Assembly: GCA_041743505.1 (NCBI GenBank)
Contig: JBGTMQ010000009.1
Location: 40,012-104,011, forward strand
Reading direction: 5' to 3'
DNA: 64,000 bases
Source of the DNA: Candidatus Saccharimonadia bacterium
GTDB lineage: Bacteria > Patescibacteriota > Saccharimonadia > UBA4664
Below the pieces are notes generated by a model, which saw only the letters and a list, made by a program, of their open reading frames with translations, did no database searches and had not been told where the DNA came from. The position numbers were made by a program, and so were the translations under genes. Of the stretch, positions 43,209 to 53,258 are shown piece after piece. Positions within the stretch are counted from its first letter, which is position 1. The number at the start of each line of letters is the position of its first letter.

Positions 43209-43622
43209 ATGGCTGATTCACTTACACCGTTTCCCATTTTTAGGGAGATATGGCTCCAACAGTCCAGCAGGGACAACGACCATTGGGAGCCATACTTTCG
43301 GAACCGGCCATCTTACCGGGGAGTGTGCTCAAGCATGATCTCAATGAAAATGGCCAAAGAGGAGCTAACTGCCAGAATCCCAACTGCCGTCTGCCTCAGT
43401 ATCTCGGGCCATAGAATTGAGTTAACCACACAGCCAAACGGTAATTTTCAGCTCACCATCAAGTATTGGTGGCTAAACAGCCTTGCCGATGAGCTGGAAG
43501 ATTTTGCAATCTGCTTGCGGTTCGGCGTTCACATCCCTATGCCTAGTACTCCCAAGCCTTCACCCAACGGAGTAAAGCCAACCCCGCTCGAAATCCTAGA
43601 ACCGCTTCTCCAATCGGCTTGA
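43209..43622 (+). CDS. hypothetical protein (137 aa)
   Basis: AAGGAG RBS; no recognised domain. Confidence 0.5.
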   Translation: MADSLTPFPIFREIWLQQSSRDNDHWEPYFRNRPSYRGVCSSMISMKMAKEELTARIPTAVCLSISGHRIELTTQPNGNFQLTIKYWWLNSLADELEDFAICLRFGVHIPMPSTPKPSPNGVKPTPLEILEPLLQSA

Positions 43623-43751
43623 ACCGAGGCCTGAGCCGTGGCTGTGGTCTTCTCTAGACCACAGCCTATATTATTGGGCCATTTACCGCTATCTTAACCC
43701 TATCCGGTGCCAGCCTTAGTCGAACTAGACTTGTGCTACACTAAGAGGCAA

Positions 43752-44474
43752 ATGATCCTGTTTGATCGCGTAACCAAAGTCTACCCGAACCAGTCAATTG
43801 CTTTGAGTGGGTTGAACCTCCACATTCAACCCAAAGAGTTCGTCACCATCGTGGGATCGAGCGGGGCAGGGAAGTCAACTCTCATTAAGCTCCTCACTAG
43901 GGAAGAAGCCCACACCTCGGGCAAGATTATCGTCGGTGGGCTCGATTATGACACCATCACACCCCGCGACGTGCCGCTAGTCCGGCGGCGTATCGGAGTT
44001 GTATTCCAAGACTTCAAGCTATTGCCAAACCGCCGGGTTGGGGAAAACGTCGCCTTCGCCCTGGAGGTCTCAGGCGCCCGGAGCCGCGAGATCAAGCGAG
44101 CCGTACCCAAAATGCTCACACTCGTGGGCCTGGCCGCCAAAGAGGGCGCTATGCCCGACGAATTGTCCGGCGGCGAACGCCAGCGCGTCGCCATAGCCCG
44201 GGCGCTCGTCCGCCAACCCAAGATCCTCATCGCCGACGAGCCAACCGGCAACCTCGACCCCAAAAACGCCTGGGAAATCATCGAGTTACTGCTCAAGATC
44301 AACCGTTTTGGCACCACCGTATTGCTCACAACCCATAACAAAGAAATCGTCAACGCCCTCAAACGCCGCGTTATCACCATCAACCGCGGACGGATTATCC
44401 GCGACGACGAGCAAGGCCGCTACACGCTGGAAACACCAACCACACTCAAAGAGCCCAAAGGAGGATCCAGGTAA
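43752..44474 (+). CDS. ftsE: cell-division ABC transporter ATP-binding protein FtsE
   Basis: N-terminus MILFDRVTKVY matches FtsE (MIRFEHVSKAY); Walker A GSSGAGKST, signature LSGGERQRVAIARAL, Walker B ILIADEPTGNLD. Confidence 0.85.
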   Translation: MILFDRVTKVYPNQSIALSGLNLHIQPKEFVTIVGSSGAGKSTLIKLLTREEAHTSGKIIVGGLDYDTITPRDVPLVRRRIGVVFQDFKLLPNRRVGENVAFALEVSGARSREIKRAVPKMLTLVGLAAKEGAMPDELSGGERQRVAIARALVRQPKILIADEPTGNLDPKNAWEIIELLLKINRFGTTVLLTTHNKEIVNALKRRVITINRGRIIRDDEQGRYTLETPTTLKEPKGGSR

Positions 44475-45392
44475 ATGATGCTCCAACTCCTGCGGGTTTT
44501 CCGAACCGGCTCACAAAACTTCATTCGCAACATGTGGCTGTCCACCGCCGCTACTGCCGTCATGACTGTCACCCTGACGATTGTCATCATTTCGTTTATC
44601 TCTAACCAGGCTCTCACCTCTACCATCAAAGGCGTCACTGACAAAATCGACGTGTCGATTTATTTGGCCGACTCTACCACTCCGGATCAAATGAATGCCT
44701 TTAGGGCCCGCCTCGGGCAAGATGAAAACGTTCAATCGGTCACATACAAGTCCAAAGCCGACGCGCTGGCCGATTATCGCAAGCAACACGCTAGCGATCC
44801 CAAATTACTCCAGGCAATCAGCGAAACCGACAATCCACTGCCAGCCTCGTTGCAAGTCAAAACCAAAGACCCCAAAAAGCTCAACTCCATTACCGCCGTC
44901 GTCAACCAACCCCAAAATAAGGTCCTGCTTGATCCTACCTCAGCGCCCAGTTACTCAGGTACTCGCAAAGACACCATCGACCGGATTGTCAGGTTCTCAA
45001 ACTTTTTCCGTACCACCGGCCTCATCATGAGCATTGTGTTCATAATCATCTCCACCCTTATCATCTTCAACACCATTCGCATGGCTATTTTTACCCGACG
45101 CGACGAAATCGAAATCATGAAACTCGTCGGCGCCACCAAATGGTTTATCCGCGGTCCCTTCCTGGTTGAGGCCGCCCTTTACGGCATTATCGCCGCCTTT
45201 ATTGCAGCTGCGTTGGCTTACACACTGTTGCTCGGCGGCGCCCCAAAATTGGCTGCCTACATCGACGTCAAAAGCACCATCGATTTCTTCCGCTCATACC
45301 CAATCCTGGTCGTGTTAGGCGAGATGGTAATTGGCGTCTTCATTGGAGTCTTCTCCAGCCTGCTAGCCATGACCCGCTATTTGAAGCTCTGA
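44475..45392 (+). CDS. ftsX: cell-division permease FtsX (4 TM + periplasmic loop)
   Basis: Immediately follows ftsE (1-nt gap); FtsX-like topology with a large extracytoplasmic loop and C-terminal TM helices. Confidence 0.85.
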   Translation: MMLQLLRVFRTGSQNFIRNMWLSTAATAVMTVTLTIVIISFISNQALTSTIKGVTDKIDVSIYLADSTTPDQMNAFRARLGQDENVQSVTYKSKADALADYRKQHASDPKLLQAISETDNPLPASLQVKTKDPKKLNSITAVVNQPQNKVLLDPTSAPSYSGTRKDTIDRIVRFSNFFRTTGLIMSIVFIIISTLIIFNTIRMAIFTRRDEIEIMKLVGATKWFIRGPFLVEAALYGIIAAFIAAALAYTLLLGGAPKLAAYIDVKSTIDFFRSYPILVVLGEMVIGVFIGVFSSLLAMTRYLKL

Positions 45393-45465
45393 TACTTCTC
45401 CCGTCCCGGTAACCATAAAATAATCCATTGCATCACGCTAACGCTTATAGTAGAGTGCCTGGGTT

Positions 45466-45648
45466 ATGAAACAAAACATCCTACTCGCCCTTCTGTGTGC
45501 CGGAATTGGTATCATCATTATTGCCAGTGCAGCCTTTGCCGTTCGTCCCCGGCATAAAATACTGTGGTTCATCTTTGCCAGCATAGGTTTCTCGCTCTTA
45601 GCCCTAGGCTATCTCCAATTTCTATACTCCGTAAACGGTCCGGTTTAG
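45466..45648 (+). CDS. small membrane protein (60 aa), hypothetical
   Basis: Two hydrophobic helices; weak evidence beyond ORF. Confidence 0.35.
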   Translation: MKQNILLALLCAGIGIIIIASAAFAVRPRHKILWFIFASIGFSLLALGYLQFLYSVNGPV

Positions 45649-45708
45649 TTTGTCAATATACACAACTGGTTTGACAGATAAGCACGACAGACATACTATG
45701 GAACTACC

Positions 45709-46836
45709 TTGGAGGGGCAAGCCATACGTAACGTTAACCACAACGCAATCATCAGCAAGGCCATCACTAGTTTAGCCGTCGTGACGGTCTTATTTTCGGC
45801 TAGCGGCGTAGCCAACGCCGACACACTTGACGATCAGATTAAAGCAGCACAGGCAGAAGCAGCAGCGCAGTCAGCCAACGCCAGCAACTTGCACGCCCAA
45901 GCCAATAACTATCAAGAGCAAGTCAATCAGTACCGGTCGCAGATTGCCGTGGTCCAATCGCAAATCAGACTCAACCAGAGCAAATCTGCCAAGCTCAATG
46001 CCCAAATTGAAGACGCCAAGGTCAAAATGGCCGAGCAAAAAGCCTTTCTAGCCGCCAACATCAAGAGCATGTACCTAAGCAGTAACGTTTCACCCTTAGA
46101 GATGCTTGTTTCAAGCGGAGACATCTCCAGCTTCTTCAACCAGCAACAATACCAGGATAAGGTCAAAGATAAGATCCAATCGGCTATGGCCGAGATCGTC
46201 AAGCTTAAAGCCGACCTCGACAAGCAACAAGCTGATCTCGCCAAGCTCTTAGCAGACCAAGAGAATCAGCACCAACAGCTCACTGCCACCAAAGCCAACC
46301 TCGATCAGCTCTTGGCCGTTGCCGCCCAAAATGCTGCCGTCGCCGACAATCAAGTTAAAGAGAAGAATGCCCGGGTAGCCACTCTCAAAGCCGAGCAAGC
46401 CGCCGCCCTGGCCGCCCGCTTTAGAAATAGCAATGGCTTTGCCTCCGGTGGAGCATGTGGTGGTGGCTATCCAGCCATCTACTGCAACGCCGAGCAAGAC
46501 AGCTTGGTAGATCGGTGGGGCATGTACAACCGTGAATGCGTCTCCTACACTGCCTTCAAAGTCTGGCAGTCCGGCCGCAACATGCCCTACTGGGGCGGTG
46601 TCGGCAACGCCAAACAATGGCCCGGCAACGCCCAATCCAGGGGCATACCGGTCGACGGCAATCCAAAACCTGGTGACGTCGCCATCTCCATGGCTGGCCC
46701 TTACGGTCATTCCATGTATGTCGAGAGCGTCTCTGGCGGCAATGTCCACGTCAGTCAGTATAATTTCAGCAACAACGGCCAATATAGTGAAATGACCATC
46801 CCCGCATCTGGTCTCTATTTCATCCATTTCCGCTAA
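45709..46836 (+). CDS. secreted coiled-coil + CHAP-domain peptidoglycan hydrolase (PcsB-like, FtsEX-associated)
   Basis: Signal peptide, ~200 aa Q/A/K-rich coiled coil. C-terminal CHAP: CGGGYPAIYC...NRECVSYTAF...GNAKQW...PKPGDVAI...YGHSMYVESV (Cys/His catalytic pair). TTG start. Confidence 0.8.
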   Translation: MEGQAIRNVNHNAIISKAITSLAVVTVLFSASGVANADTLDDQIKAAQAEAAAQSANASNLHAQANNYQEQVNQYRSQIAVVQSQIRLNQSKSAKLNAQIEDAKVKMAEQKAFLAANIKSMYLSSNVSPLEMLVSSGDISSFFNQQQYQDKVKDKIQSAMAEIVKLKADLDKQQADLAKLLADQENQHQQLTATKANLDQLLAVAAQNAAVADNQVKEKNARVATLKAEQAAALAARFRNSNGFASGGACGGGYPAIYCNAEQDSLVDRWGMYNRECVSYTAFKVWQSGRNMPYWGGVGNAKQWPGNAQSRGIPVDGNPKPGDVAISMAGPYGHSMYVESVSGGNVHVSQYNFSNNGQYSEMTIPASGLYFIHFR

Positions 46837-46854
46837 TTTAATCAAGGAACCCGC

Positions 46855-48024
46855 TTGAAAAACGTCCAGCTTAATCCGATCGTGCTTGGTGGTGCAGCCA
46901 TCATCCTGGCAGTTGGTTCATTCCTAGCCGGCGATACCTATCACAGCACCGTACCAAATCCATTTGCCGCCCGTACTACTCAGCTCGATTTCTCACAATT
47001 AAATGACATTTACGGCCTCATGCAGCGCCATTTTGACGGCAAAATCGACCCTCAGGCTGCCATCAACGGCGCCAAAGCGGGGTTGGTCTCGGCCGGCGGC
47101 GACCCATATACCGTTTACATGACCTCAGATCAAGCCAAAGAGCTCAATAACGACCTCAATGGCAAGCTTTCGGGTATCGGCGCTCAAATCGGCATCAAGA
47201 ATAGTATATTAACCGTTATTGCGCCGATAGCCGGCACCCCCGCCGAAAAAGCTGGTTTACGGGCCGGCGACCTCATCGCCAAAATCAACGGCGAAGATAC
47301 CTCCGGCATGAGTGTTGATACCGCTGTCAACAAGATTCGCGGCAAGGCCGGCACCCAGGTCAAGCTCCGTATCGTCCGGCCAAACACCGATCCCAAAGAG
47401 ATAACCATTACCCGGGCGGATATCAGTGTGCCCAGCGTCACCTGGAACATGAAAACCGACCGCATAGGCTACATCCAGATCAGTACCTTCGGCTCAGACA
47501 CCACCAGACTCATCGATAAAGCCGCCCAGGAACTCAAGGACCAAGGTGCTCAGAAACTTGTCCTGGACCTGCGCAACAACGGCGGCGGTTATCTAGACGC
47601 TGGGGTAGCCGTAGCTAGCGAGTTCCTACCCCGGGGCAAGCTCGTCGTGGAGGAGCGCACCGATGGCAAACCGCGCGACAAGCTCAACTCCACCGGCGGC
47701 GGCCAGCTGGTTGGCCTGCCCATGGTAGTGCTTGTAAACGGAGGTTCTGCCTCAGCCTCAGAGATCGTGGCCGGCGCCCTCCGCGACAACAATGCCGCCA
47801 AGCTCCTCGGTGAAAAGACCTTTGGCAAAGGTAGTGTGCAGGAAATTCGCCAATTACCTAGCGGCTCCCAGCTCAAAGTTACCGTAGCCCACTGGTATAC
47901 GCCAGATGGCGTCAATATCAACAAAGAAGGCATTAAACCCGACACCGAGGTCAAGCTTACCACCGAAGACTACAATGCCAGCCGTGACCCACAGCTCGAC
48001 CAAGCCTTAGCCCAACTCAAGTAG
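46855..48024 (+). CDS. ctpA: C-terminal processing peptidase (S41, PDZ-containing)
   Basis: PDZ (GLRAGDLIAKINGE), catalytic GGSASASEI (Ser) and KTFGKGSVQ (Lys); TTG start after AAGGAA. Confidence 0.85.
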   Translation: MKNVQLNPIVLGGAAIILAVGSFLAGDTYHSTVPNPFAARTTQLDFSQLNDIYGLMQRHFDGKIDPQAAINGAKAGLVSAGGDPYTVYMTSDQAKELNNDLNGKLSGIGAQIGIKNSILTVIAPIAGTPAEKAGLRAGDLIAKINGEDTSGMSVDTAVNKIRGKAGTQVKLRIVRPNTDPKEITITRADISVPSVTWNMKTDRIGYIQISTFGSDTTRLIDKAAQELKDQGAQKLVLDLRNNGGGYLDAGVAVASEFLPRGKLVVEERTDGKPRDKLNSTGGGQLVGLPMVVLVNGGSASASEIVAGALRDNNAAKLLGEKTFGKGSVQEIRQLPSGSQLKVTVAHWYTPDGVNINKEGIKPDTEVKLTTEDYNASRDPQLDQALAQLK

Positions 48025-48051
48025 CAGTATAGTAGACAAAGCGTCTATGAT

Positions 48052-48732
48052 ATGTCAATATATGCTCTAATGAATACACCTACCACATTGGTCGTAATCG
48101 ATCTCGACCGGACACTCTTCGACACTGCCCGAAACTTCAACGACTTCATGGATATGCTCAAAGCCGTCTATGGTAATGAACTCATCAACAAAATGAAGGA
48201 AGTAGAAGCCACAACTCAGCACTTTGACCGGTTTGCGTACTTACAAGCCCACCACGGGCTCCGGTATGGGCAACTAGTAGCGGACTTCAGATCCTTCGTT
48301 AGCCGGACATACGGCGAGAATCACAGCTATCTCTTTCCAGGAGCAACCAAGCTCATCGCGTTCCTTCAACAAGAACCCCATACCCACCTGCTCATTATCA
48401 CCACCGGCTCCGGGCAATCCCAGAGGTTCAAGCTGGGTCTCTGCCCCGAGCTGGCCGGACTTCCTCACAAAATCATTGGCCATAACAAAGGTGCCGCCCT
48501 GCAAGCAGAATTTGACGCAGCTAGCGCAGTATCCCATGACGGCCGTCACTTCAACGACTTCGTCTTCATCGACGATAAAGCAGATGCTATCGCACCCATT
48601 CAGCCAGCCCCAAACCGTTTGCTCATTCATCTGCTCCGCGAAGGAGCTAAGTACCCAGAGCTTACTGAACGCAACGATGTGCATATCGTTCACTCACTAG
48701 AGGACGTTTATGTACTCTTACAAAAGCACTAA
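48052..48732 (+). CDS. HAD-superfamily hydrolase
   Basis: Motif I VVIDLDRTLFDT (DxDxT) and later HAD motifs (IITTGSG, FIDDKAD). Confidence 0.65.
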   Translation: MSIYALMNTPTTLVVIDLDRTLFDTARNFNDFMDMLKAVYGNELINKMKEVEATTQHFDRFAYLQAHHGLRYGQLVADFRSFVSRTYGENHSYLFPGATKLIAFLQQEPHTHLLIITTGSGQSQRFKLGLCPELAGLPHKIIGHNKGAALQAEFDAASAVSHDGRHFNDFVFIDDKADAIAPIQPAPNRLLIHLLREGAKYPELTERNDVHIVHSLEDVYVLLQKH

Positions 48733-48870
48733 TGCCAAAAAATAACCCATTCTAAATCCACTTAACGCTTGCTATACCGCATTACGAGGTCTAAACTGTG
48801 TAGCATAAGTGGTGTGACCACCAGCTCCCGTAGCAGGGAAGGCTGGTTTAGTTGTGTGGAAAGGAGTCTC

Positions 48871-50496
48871 GTGGCAAAAAAACATCAAACAAAATACATC
48901 TTTGTAACCGGAGGTGTGCTTTCTGGACTCGGTAAAGGCATCACCGCGGCGGCTTTAGGGACAACCCTGAAATCCCGCGGTTTTTCGGTTAACATTCAAA
49001 AATGTGACCCGTATCTAAATACCGATGCAGGCACGCTAAACCCAGCCGAGCACGGCGAAGTTTTTGTAACCCGCGACGGCGCCGAAACTGACTTGGATCT
49101 CGGCCACTACGAGCGCTTTCTGGACGAAGAGCTGGGCCGCTCCAGCTCATTAATGAATGGACGGGTTTATGCCAAAGTCATCGCCGATGAGCGGGCAGGG
49201 AAGTACCTGGGCAAAACAGTCCAGATCATCCCTCACGTCACGGCCGAAGTCCAAAATCAGATTTTAGCTGCCGGTGACAGCTTTGACTTTCACATTGTAG
49301 AAATCGGTGGCACTGTCGGCGACATCGAATCCCTGGCGTTTCTGGAAGCCATCCGCCAATTCCGGCGCAAGGTCGGTCACGAGAATACGCTCTACATCCA
49401 TTTAGTTTATCTACCATACCTGGAGGCCTCCCACGAAATCAAGACCAAGCCGGCTCAAAACGCCGCCCGCGATCTACGTGAGGCCGGGATCCACCCCGAG
49501 GTAATCGTAGCCCGGGCTGAGCGGCCGATCACCCAAGCAACTCTGCGTAAACTCAGTCTTTTCTGCGACGTGGATGAGGCCGGCATTATACCTATGCCAA
49601 CAGCCAAGACGGTATACGAGGTTCCGCTATTGCTCGAAAAAGCCGGCTTGGCTGATTATATCTGCAACCACCTGGGGATTAAGACGCGCAAAGCCAAGCT
49701 GGATGATTGGAGCAAACTCGTCCAGCTCATCGAGCATCCCGACCACCGTAACCTCAAAATAGGCGTTGTGGCCAAGTATATGGACAACGTAGATACTTAC
49801 ATGAGTGTCTTCGAGGCTATCAAAGCCGCCGGTTGGTCTAACCGGGTCCGGCCCGAGATCTCCTGGGTTGATGCCGAGCAACTCGAATCCGCCAACCCAG
49901 CCGATATGCTCAGCCACTACGACGGCCTGGTTGTACCGGGCGGCTTCGGCAACCGTGGTGTCGAAGGCAAGATCATCGCGGCCGATTACGCCATTGCTCA
50001 CCACGTCCCATACCTTGGTCTTTGCCTCGGTATGCAAACCGCCGTCGTCGCTTTGGCCCGACGCTCCGGGCTCGACAACGCCAATAGCACTGAGATGAAC
50101 GAGCTCACGCCACACCCCGTCATCGACATCATGGAGCACCAAAAAGCCGTCACCGATAAAGGCGGCACCATGCGCCTCGGCGACTATCCCTGCCAACTCG
50201 ATCCCACATCCCAAGCCGCCAAGGCCTACGGCGCCAAAAAAATCGTCGAACGCCACCGGCACCGCTACGAGTTCAACAACAACTATCGCCAGCAGCTGGA
50301 AACGGCCGGGCTCAAGCTGGCCGGATTATCACCCGATGGGCTATTAGTTGAAATTATTGAGATCGAGAACCACCCATTCTTTATGGCCAGCCAATTCCAC
50401 CCTGAATTTAAATCACGGCCCAACCGCCCTCACCCAATGTTTAATGCGTTCATCAAAGCCGCCGCCCACTCACGCATCGCAGAAAATGTAGTATAG
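48871..50496 (+). CDS. pyrG: CTP synthase
   Basis: N-terminus KYIFVTGGVLSGLGKGITAAALG and C-terminal glutamine amidotransferase (GLCLGMQ, HPEF); GTG 48871 after AAGGAG. ORF track's 48769 start adds a non-homologous extension. Confidence 0.9.
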   Translation: MAKKHQTKYIFVTGGVLSGLGKGITAAALGTTLKSRGFSVNIQKCDPYLNTDAGTLNPAEHGEVFVTRDGAETDLDLGHYERFLDEELGRSSSLMNGRVYAKVIADERAGKYLGKTVQIIPHVTAEVQNQILAAGDSFDFHIVEIGGTVGDIESLAFLEAIRQFRRKVGHENTLYIHLVYLPYLEASHEIKTKPAQNAARDLREAGIHPEVIVARAERPITQATLRKLSLFCDVDEAGIIPMPTAKTVYEVPLLLEKAGLADYICNHLGIKTRKAKLDDWSKLVQLIEHPDHRNLKIGVVAKYMDNVDTYMSVFEAIKAAGWSNRVRPEISWVDAEQLESANPADMLSHYDGLVVPGGFGNRGVEGKIIAADYAIAHHVPYLGLCLGMQTAVVALARRSGLDNANSTEMNELTPHPVIDIMEHQKAVTDKGGTMRLGDYPCQLDPTSQAAKAYGAKKIVERHRHRYEFNNNYRQQLETAGLKLAGLSPDGLLVEIIEIENHPFFMASQFHPEFKSRPNRPHPMFNAFIKAAAHSRIAENVV

Positions 50497-50503
50497 TAGA
50501 CCT

Positions 50504-50902
50504 ATGAAAGCTCAAGCAGTAAAAGCTCGCATTCTCCTGGTGGAAGACGATTTAGCTTTAGCCACAGCCTACAAAGTACGCATGGAAGCCGAAGGTTTCG
50601 ATGTCCGGCACTGTCCAAACGGGGAAGACGCGCTCCAAGAGGCTTTGGATTATCATCCCGATCTCGTCTTACTCGATATCATGATGCCCAAAATCTCCGG
50701 CTATGATGTGCTCGACATCCTCCGCCACACACCGGCCACAGCCCACACGAAAATCGTCATCCTAACCGCTTTGTCTCAGCCAGCCGACCAAAAACGAGCC
50801 AAGGATCTCGGCGCCGATGAATTTCTGGTCAAATCCCAAGCCGTCATCTCAGATGTTATGAAGCGTATCAGATTCCATCTAGGCATTAAAGAGCCTGCCT
50901 AA
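50504..50902 (+). CDS. response regulator, receiver domain only (paralog of 16126 and 59553)
   Basis: ILLVEDD...DLVLLDIMMPKISGYDVLDILRHTP...LTALSQ...LVKSQ; ~50% identical to the RR at 16126. Confidence 0.8.
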   Translation: MKAQAVKARILLVEDDLALATAYKVRMEAEGFDVRHCPNGEDALQEALDYHPDLVLLDIMMPKISGYDVLDILRHTPATAHTKIVILTALSQPADQKRAKDLGADEFLVKSQAVISDVMKRIRFHLGIKEPA

Positions 50903-50905
50903 TCG

Positions 50906-51484
50906 CTAGCCACCGAGTAATCGCGACAACTTAGCCGTGAACCGGTGCATTTCAGGATCGATAGTGTTTATTGGCAATGCGCCAACTTCATCAAAAGTTA
51001 ACCACTGGTAACCGCTGAAATCACGCGGTTCATATATCACTTCACGACGGCCTGATAGAGCCACTACATACCATAGGCTCACATCGGTATGCCGGCCATA
51101 GCCACGCGTCTGGGTAACAGTGATAAAGCAAGGACGATCGCCGATGGGGGTAGAGAAATCTGGTTGGGTAAATAACTCCTCCTGCATTTCTCGCCGGACT
51201 GCTGCCAACGGATCTTCATTTAGCTCAACATGACCACCAGGCGGTAGCCATAAGCCAGAAGTCTTGTGGTCGACCAGCAAAAGGGTACTACTCTCTAAAT
51301 CGACCGGCACAAAGTAAGATACCAGGTGTTTTGGTGGATTATCCGGCTTTTCAATCCGAAAGATCGGCTGGCCACTCCTAATCCAGCCTAATGCGTCAGC
51401 CTGATCCGACCGTTCGCGCCCATCACCAGGTGATATCCCGGCCACAATCCGATAAATTGCATCCCTCGCCACTTTCGCTCCCAC
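50906..51484 (-). CDS. NUDIX hydrolase
   Basis: Nudix box GGHVELNEDPLAAVRREMQEELF; GTG start with AAGGAGG upstream. Confidence 0.8.
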   Translation of the reverse strand: MGAKVARDAIYRIVAGISPGDGRERSDQADALGWIRSGQPIFRIEKPDNPPKHLVSYFVPVDLESSTLLLVDHKTSGLWLPPGGHVELNEDPLAAVRREMQEELFTQPDFSTPIGDRPCFITVTQTRGYGRHTDVSLWYVVALSGRREVIYEPRDFSGYQWLTFDEVGALPINTIDPEMHRFTAKLSRLLGG

Positions 51485-51526
51485 ATTCCCTCCTTGCGTT
51501 CGCCTTTTGTTCGCTTATCTAGCATA

Positions 51527-51560
51527 ACAAAAAAGAGACTGCGTGCAAGTCTCTTTTTTG
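51527..51560. terminator. bidirectional rho-independent terminator (AAGAGACT-gcgtgca-AGTCTCTT flanked by A7/T6)
   Basis: Downstream of rpmA (minus strand), with U-tracts on both strands. Confidence 0.7.
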
Positions 51561-51575
51561 ATCTAACTGGAGCGC

Positions 51576-51857
51576 TTATTTAGGCGGCTGAACCGACACA
51601 ATAGTTCGGCGAACCCGGGTACCAGTAAACTTCTGGATCTGACGGGTCGAGAAGGCCACAATGCCGTCGTGCATAGCGAACAGGGTATGGTCGACACCAA
51701 CGCCAACACCTGGACCGGCTTCCATGCGAGTACCACGTTGGCGCACAATCACGCCTCCAGCGCGCACAATCTCGCCGCCAAAGAGCTTAACACCTAGCCG
51801 TTGACCGGCCGAATCGCGAAGGTTTTTAGATGAGCCACCGGCTTTTGTATGCGACAT
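51576..51857 (-). CDS. rpmA: 50S ribosomal protein L27
   Basis: [29 protein letters not shown]...VRQRGT...DHTLFA matches L27 throughout. Confidence 0.9.
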   Translation of the reverse strand: MSHTKAGGSSKNLRDSAGQRLGVKLFGGEIVRAGGVIVRQRGTRMEAGPGVGVGVDHTLFAMHDGIVAFSTRQIQKFTGTRVRRTIVSVQPPK

Positions 51858-53006
51858 TTACTTCTTCCTTAGTAACAATAATTGCCGTCCAACGACTTGA
51901 TCGGGCCGCGCATATAAGAGCGGCGTCTGGACGTGCTTGAAAACCTTGCTAGTGTAGCCTAATCGAGACAGATCGTCAACCAGGCCCAGATATTGCCACC
52001 CGCGTGCCGTCCGCCAAGCCGGGACACACAAGGCCAACTCAGCCCCAGGGTCCAGTTGCATAGCCCAGTTCTGAAGCGTTTCCCGGTACAAAAGCCCAAG
52101 CTCAGCCCGGATTGCCTCTAACCGGTCGGGGGCAGGGGAGGCGGTCAAATTCGGCCCCAGGTAGCCCTCACTCACAATCGCACACTCGGCATCAGGTAAC
52201 CGGACCTGGCTCGCATCAGCCGGCTCAACCTGCCACGGCAACAACCCGGCGGTACCCGAGCGACTTTCACCGGCCAGCCACTCCAGGTTCTCACGACTTG
52301 CCGCCACCATTTCCGACGCCAGGTCCGAGCCTACGGCCGTCCGTCCCAACAGCAACGCCTCCTGCAACACCACGCCGGTCCCGCAAAACGGGTCCACTAC
52401 CAACGGCGCCTGGGTTGTGTTTATCAACACTTGCGCCAACTTAGGCGGCAGCATCCCGACCTTGGCGCTGCGGGCCGGGCGCTCGTAGTCACGCCGGCTA
52501 TACCAGTCGATATCCTGAATACCAACCGTCTGCGCAATAATCATCCGCTGCTTTGCCACCACTACCAATAGCTCGAATCCGCGCTCAAGCACCTTATTGT
52601 GTTTCAGTTGGGCCGCCGAAGTAACCGTTTTTTCACCAGGCGCCACAAACCGCATCGAGCCATGGTCTTTTAGAGCTTTCTTTAGTTCAATTCCAGCCGC
52701 CACAACAAATGCAGCGGTAGCTTTAAGCCCATAGGTACTTATAGCAAACGGCGTCTTGCCGTCAGGCAGTACAGGCAGCTCAGCGCGATCTATCGGCATC
52801 GGTCGTATGCCCACCGCCGGACCGTCATATAGTATCCGGCCAAGCTTCTGAACCCCACCCAAGCTGTTAATGTCTATTTCGCCACTCAATAAAGCCGTCT
52901 GATTACCATACGGTTCAACCACCTCAGCGCCCAGCCGAGATTCGAGCTCCACCAGACCAAGCTCTGGCTGCCGCCCAAGTATTGCGATGTGAGAAAAAGA
53001 TTTCAC
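51858..53006 (-). CDS. Trm11/Trm-G10-like SAM-dependent methyltransferase (putative tRNA guanine-N2 MTase)
   Basis: MLPPKLAQVLINTT...VVDPFCGTGVVLQEA...GSDL is the Trm11-type motif X/I region; a canonical DPPY motif IV was not found. Abuts rpmA (same strand, no gap). Confidence 0.55.
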   Translation of the reverse strand: MKSFSHIAILGRQPELGLVELESRLGAEVVEPYGNQTALLSGEIDINSLGGVQKLGRILYDGPAVGIRPMPIDRAELPVLPDGKTPFAISTYGLKATAAFVVAAGIELKKALKDHGSMRFVAPGEKTVTSAAQLKHNKVLERGFELLVVVAKQRMIIAQTVGIQDIDWYSRRDYERPARSAKVGMLPPKLAQVLINTTQAPLVVDPFCGTGVVLQEALLLGRTAVGSDLASEMVAASRENLEWLAGESRSGTAGLLPWQVEPADASQVRLPDAECAIVSEGYLGPNLTASPAPDRLEAIRAELGLLYRETLQNWAMQLDPGAELALCVPAWRTARGWQYLGLVDDLSRLGYTSKVFKHVQTPLLYARPDQVVGRQLLLLRKK

Positions 53007-53258
53007 TTATGATCCATTGTATACGAACCTGAAGCGTCAAGGCATTTGCATACTCGTACAGGGAAGGTACTAGAAAAAGTCTAATCATTGACTTATCATC
53101 AAAATTGCGTGCAATTTACATCTTCACAAAGCCAAAAAATGCATTATTACCCACCCCTAGATACCCGACTAGAAAAATTCCAGTACCTACCCAAACACCT
53201 TTAATACAACCCGCACATATTTCAATACAACCCACACCGCTCTTGATATACTAACTTT

